Assembly: GCA_004431415.1 (NCBI GenBank)
Contig: QPMI01000180.1
Coordinates: 62,001-126,000 of the forward strand
Reading direction: 5' to 3'
Length of the DNA stretch: 64,000 nucleotides
DNA from: Cyanophora paradoxa CCMP329
Taxonomy: Eukaryota > Plantae > Glaucophyta
Position numbers and translations under genes: made by a program. The notes beneath the pieces were generated by a model, which worked only from the letters and a program-made list of their open reading frames with translations, was not told the origin of the DNA and made no database searches. Of this stretch, positions 59,801-64,000 are shown piece by piece. Position 1 is the stretch's first letter. Each line of letters opens with the position of its first letter.

Positions 59801-62800
59801 GGAAGGTTCCCAAAGCACTCCTCTCTTTCCTTAGTTATCCCTGAAGCTTAAGCTTAAGCTCGAATCTAACGAACCCACTGGGCCGGGCCGGGCAGGTCTT
59901 CAAGGGCGGCTCCGTAGAGTTCGAGGTGGACGTCTTCGTGGACGGGGCGCGGGGGCGCAACTTCACCCTCCGCCTCGCCTCGGACGCCGGCGCCGCCGAG
60001 CTCGCCCTCGCCCTCCTCCCCTGCGCCCCGGGCTTCTCCTCCCTCGAGGGACCCGCCTCCTTCCGCTGCCTCCCCTGGTGCAACCCACCCGCCCCCCCGC
60101 CCCCCGCCCCTTTCTTTTGCCGGCCCCCCTCACCTCTTCCTTCCTTTCTTTTCCTTTTGCAGCGCGGCGGGGAGATACAACCTGCTGGGGGACTCGCATT
60201 GCCGGCCGTGCCCGCCCGGGGCCTCCTGCCCCGGCAAGACCTCGGTGCTGGCGGCGCCGGGCTTCTGGATGGACCCCGCCTCGCTCGCCGCCGGCGTCCC
60301 CGCCCTCTACCGCTGCCCCCGTCCGCCCCCTCTCTCCCTGCCTCGCTCGCGCCTCACGGGCGCGAACGCGCAGGCGGTTTCTGCTGCCCGGACGGCGACT
60401 GCGGCACGGAGGCCCCCTGGTGCGCGCGCGACGGAGAGCCGGCGAGCGGCGGGCCCCCTCGAAGCCCGGCTGACGCGGGGCCCCGGCAGCGCGGAGGCGC
60501 GGACGGGGACGCTGTGCGGGCGGTGCCTGCCGGGGTTCAGCGACTGGGGCGGCCAGTGCCGGCGCTGCGGGAGCCCGCAGTACGCCCTCCTCGTCCTCCC
60601 CTTCCTCGCCGGCGTCGCCGTCCGTCTCTACCCGCCCCGCCCCGCCCCTCCCCTCCCATCCTCCGATCGCCTCCTCTCCGCAGCTTGTGTCGGGGAGCTG
60701 GGTGCTCTCGGCGGGGACGCTGGCGCTCTCCTCGGGCAAGGTCAAGTCGCTGCTCTTCTTCGTGCAGGCCGTCGCCCTCGTCATGCAGGACGAGGCACGC
60801 CCGCGCCAGGCTTCAAGGCTTCCTCTCTCCTCCCGCCCCTCTTGACGGGGCGATCCCCCTCAGGTGGGCTCGCTGTTCGCGACGCTCTCGTGGGACGTTC
60901 TCCTGGCGTCGCCCCTCGCCTGCCCCTTCCAGATCTCCACCTTCCACCGCACCATGCTCGGCTACTGGGCCCGCCCCCCTCCCTCCCCTTCTCCTCCCCT
61001 CGCCGTCTGAGGGTGCGCGCCGCGGGGCCGCCGGGGCGCAGGTGCCGGCCTTCTCGTTCATCGCGCTGCTGCTGGCGATCATGCTCGCGCTGGGGGCCGA
61101 CCTCGTCCGGAGCCGCTGCTTTGGGCGCCCCCGCTCCTCCACCCGCTGGCGCGACCGCCTCTGGTCCGCCCCCACCCCACCCGCCCCCGCCAGCCTTTGC
61201 TTGCCGTCTGCTCTTCTTTCCTCTGACGGGCCCGCTCGAAGGTACGTCGCCTTCCAGATCGCCTCCGTAGCCTACATCGGTGCGCCCGCGCGCGCCCGCG
61301 CCCCCGGCCCCTCCTCCGGCCTCCCCGCCCCCGCCTCAATCGCGTCGGCAGCGATCGGGAACACGGCGATCAAGTACCTCGACTGCGTCCCCGTCGGCCC
61401 CGAGCGCGTCCTCCGCCGCTTCCCCGTGCGAGCGCTCTCCGCCCCGCCCCGCACCGCACCGCCCCGCCCCGCACAGCATCGCCTGACCTCGCCGGCGCAG
61501 GGCGTGTCGTGCACGGACCCGGAGTACCGGCAGTGGCTGCCCCTCGCGTGGTGCATGCTGATCGTGTACACGGCCGGCCTCCCCCTCCTCTTCATCGCCC
61601 TCGTCTACCGCCTCGTCCGCCCCGCCCCCTCCCCCGCCAAACCCCCGCAACGCTCCGCTGAGCGACGCCCGGCGCGGCGGGGCCGGGGCGGTGCACAGAG
61701 CCGGAAGGGGGCGCTGTACTCGACGGAGGCGATGGCGACGTACGGGCTGCTGTACAGCTGCTACCGGCCCCACTGGAAGTACTACGAGGTCGTCGTCATG
61801 GGCCGCCGCATCCTCCTCGTCGCCCTCGACACCGCCGTGCGCCCCCGCCCCCGCCGCCCCCGCCCGCCCGGCCGCCCGCCCGGCTCCGCTCCGGGACGCC
61901 GAGGGAGGGTGCGGGGCGGGCAGTTCGGGAGCAGCGACAACGTGCGGGCGCTCGCCCTCTTCGTCGCCACCCTCGCCTTCGGCGGTGCGGGGGACCGCGC
62001 CCCACCCCTCCCCGCCCCCTCCCCGCCCCCCACTCACGCGGCCGGGCAGCGCTGCACGCGCTGACGCGGCCGTACGGGCTCCCCTTCGACAACCTCATCG
62101 AGTCCTTCCTCCTCCTCGTCCTGGCCCTCGCGGCGGCGCTCGAGATCGCGGTCTCGGCGGCCTTCCTGCCCCCCGAGTACCCCCTGCGCTCGGTGCAGTA
62201 CGTGCTCTACGTGGGGACCTTCGCCTCCGGCTTCGCCCTCGTCTCCGTCCACTTCATCCGCCACGTCCGCCCCGCCCCCTCCAACTCCCCGCAGCCCTTT
62301 CCTTGCGATTGCCGTCGCTGAGGCGCGCGCGGGCCCCGCAGGCGCTGGCGGCGCGGCGGCGCAAGGCTGCGTGCGCGCCCGAGGGCGAGGAGGAGGAGGA
62401 GGAGGAGTCGACCCTGGAGCTCGTCCAAGTCGACCGCGCCGGCGCCGGCGGGCCCGGCGGGCCCCGGCCCCCGAGCGCCGGCAGCTCGCCTCTGGTGCGG
62501 CCGGCCAAGGGCGTGGACGGCGGCTCGGAGGGGGCCGAGGAGCGGCCGGCGGAGCGGGCGCGGCGGGCCTCGCCGGCGCCCTCCTCCTCGGCCGCCGACC
62601 TCCGCACCGTCTCCCTCCAGTCGTGGCGCACCCCGCGAGCCGTGCGCCCCGCCCCCGGCCCCGCCCCCGCCCCCGCCGGGCGCTCTGAGTCGGGGCGGCA
62701 GTGGCGGCGATGGCGGGGCCGGGGGCGAGGAGCACGCCTTCCCCCTCCTCCGCAGCATCGCCGCCGCGCGCCCCGCCCCGCCCCGCCCCGCCCCTCTGGA

Positions 62801-63600
62801 GGCGCCCTCGCTCACACTCGGCGGCAGATGACGGCGCCGGGCGGCGAGGGCTCCTGGCGGGGCGGCGGCGACGGGAGCCCGCGCGGCTCCACCGGCTCCA
62901 TCCGCATCCGCTCCCGCGGCCGCATCGCGGCGCCGGCGGCCGGCGGGGGCGGGGCGGGGCGGTAGCGGGAGCGGGAGCGGGAGCACGCCGCGGGGGCGGA
63001 GGCGTCGCCGCGGCCCTCGGCGGTGCTGGGCGCCGCGCTGGCGGGGCAGGGCGGCGGCTTCGCCTCAATCAACGCCTTCGCGGACCCGGCGCCGCCCTCG
63101 CGGGCCGTCCGCGTCGTCTACCACCCCGACCCCGCCGACCACCCGACCACGCCGCCGCCGCGCCCACGCCCCGCCCGCCGCCGACGCCCCCCCGCCGGCT
63201 TAGCGGCCTCGGTGGCGCCTGCGGGCGAGCAGGAGTCGGGTGGCCTCGGCCTGGTCGCGCGGGGCGCCCTCTGGACCGAGATTTCCCCTGGGCCGCCGGC
63301 GCGGGTACCGGTCCGGGCAGCGTGCGCACGAGCGTGGAGGGCGCGGGGCCGGCGGCGGCGGCGGCGGCGGCGATGTCCGCGGCTCCTCGTGGCGCTCCAT
63401 CGGCCGAAACTCGCCCGTCGCCTGGCCAGCCCGGCCCCCGCCTCGCCCCGGCCCTCCCGCCGCCCCCGCCCCCGCCCGAGCCAGCCGGCGGGCGGCAGCA
63501 CGCCCCGGCCCCCCTCTGGCGAGGCCGCCGCCCCGGATCCCAGCGCCTCCTCCCTCCCCCCGCCCGCCTGAGCCCTTAGGGGCGCCTCTCCGCTCGCAGT
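56898..63600 (+). CDS. Surface protein: signal peptide, pectin-lyase-like/polymorphic-membrane-protein beta-helix repeats, Cys-rich region, multi-pass (about 7 TM) domain, low-complexity tail; 3' end uncertain
   Basis: VSPSGADSATCGGPSAPCRSI, many GGA(V/L/F)...FxxN repeats, CP-GASCPG...APGFW...YRCP, RTGTLCGRCLPG, KSLLFFVQ, IKYLDC, SCTDPEY, YGLLYSCYRPHWKYYEVVVMGRRILLV, RPY-FDNLIE. Confidence 0.8.
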
Positions 63601-63689
63601 GGATGCCGTCTCGACAGCCAATCGAGCTCTTTCCGTACCGCACCGCGGGGCGCGAGCGCGACGGGCGAGAAGGGTCGAAGGAGAGAGAT

Positions 63690-64000
63690 TTAAAAGGGGA
63701 AAAAGAGGGAAAGGGAAGGGGGAGGAGGGGAGGGAGGAAGGACAAGAGAAGTGATCATGACGGCGGGTTTACGCGGTGAGGGGCCGCGCGGGGCCCGCGG
63801 CGGGGGCAGGGGAGGGGGTTGCGGGCGGGGGCTGGAGTCCGGGCCGGGGCCGGGCGCGGCGAGGAGGGCCGGGGAGGACGGCGTCGGGTACAGGCCGTCC
63901 TCTTCGAGGGCCGCCACCAGCCGGCGCAGCGCCTCGGGCGCCGCCCGCCCCGCGGGCCGGCCGCGCCTTCCGGGCGGCGGGCGGGGCGCCGAGGGCGGCG
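63690..64000 (-). CDS. Possible 3' end of a convergent gene extending beyond the window
   Basis: Frame EALRRLVAALEEDGLYPTPSSP with host-like codon usage; no family recognised. Confidence 0.3.
   Translation of the reverse strand, partial: PPSAPRPPPGRRGRPAGRAAPEALRRLVAALEEDGLYPTPSSPALLAAPGPGPDSSPRPQPPPLPPPRAPRGPSPRKPAVMITSLVLPPSPPPPSLSLFFPF

Noticed and set aside
1-64000. tRNA, rRNA or snRNA genes
   Set aside because: None recognised by eye; tRNAscan-SE and Infernal were not run.

Overview
Very GC-rich, intron-dense eukaryotic nuclear DNA from a plastid-bearing protist. A cyanobacterial-type Aas/AAE15-like acyl-activating enzyme and an 'MAF...FTIEM'-type transit peptide suggest a glaucophyte such as Cyanophora (inference only). 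Host genes, in order: Aas-like acyl-ACP/CoA synthetase (+, 5' end outside the window), whose 3' half is triplicated in a ~4 kb mosaic tandem repeat; a PAS-PAS-class III cyclase-class I PDE fusion (-); a very large receptor-like TKL kinase with an exon-duplicated array of ~100-aa repeats (-); a four-domain voltage-gated Ca/Na channel with an S/D/E/E filter (-); a plastid-targeted GST (+); a PLAC8 protein (-); an At1g75140-like beta-propeller membrane protein (+); and a beta-helix/Cys-rich/multi-TM surface protein (+). Mobile DNA: a 504-bp hAT-type MITE with an 8-bp TSD, a Helitron/Helentron-like element with 150/300-bp internal repeats, and a 4,982-bp element with perfect 109-bp TGT...ACA TIRs and a 5-bp TSD. 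The last is the best candidate for a new system: it is filled by one apparently intact ~14-exon, ~1,200-aa gene with no recognisable transposase motif, and its introns carry clustered CAACG/CGTTG motifs also found in the TIR. Host introns are unusual: short, often with GC donors, C-rich 5' and G-rich 3' halves, and no polypyrimidine tract. Exon boundaries were read by eye, and several single-base frameshifts in G/C runs are probably assembly errors.
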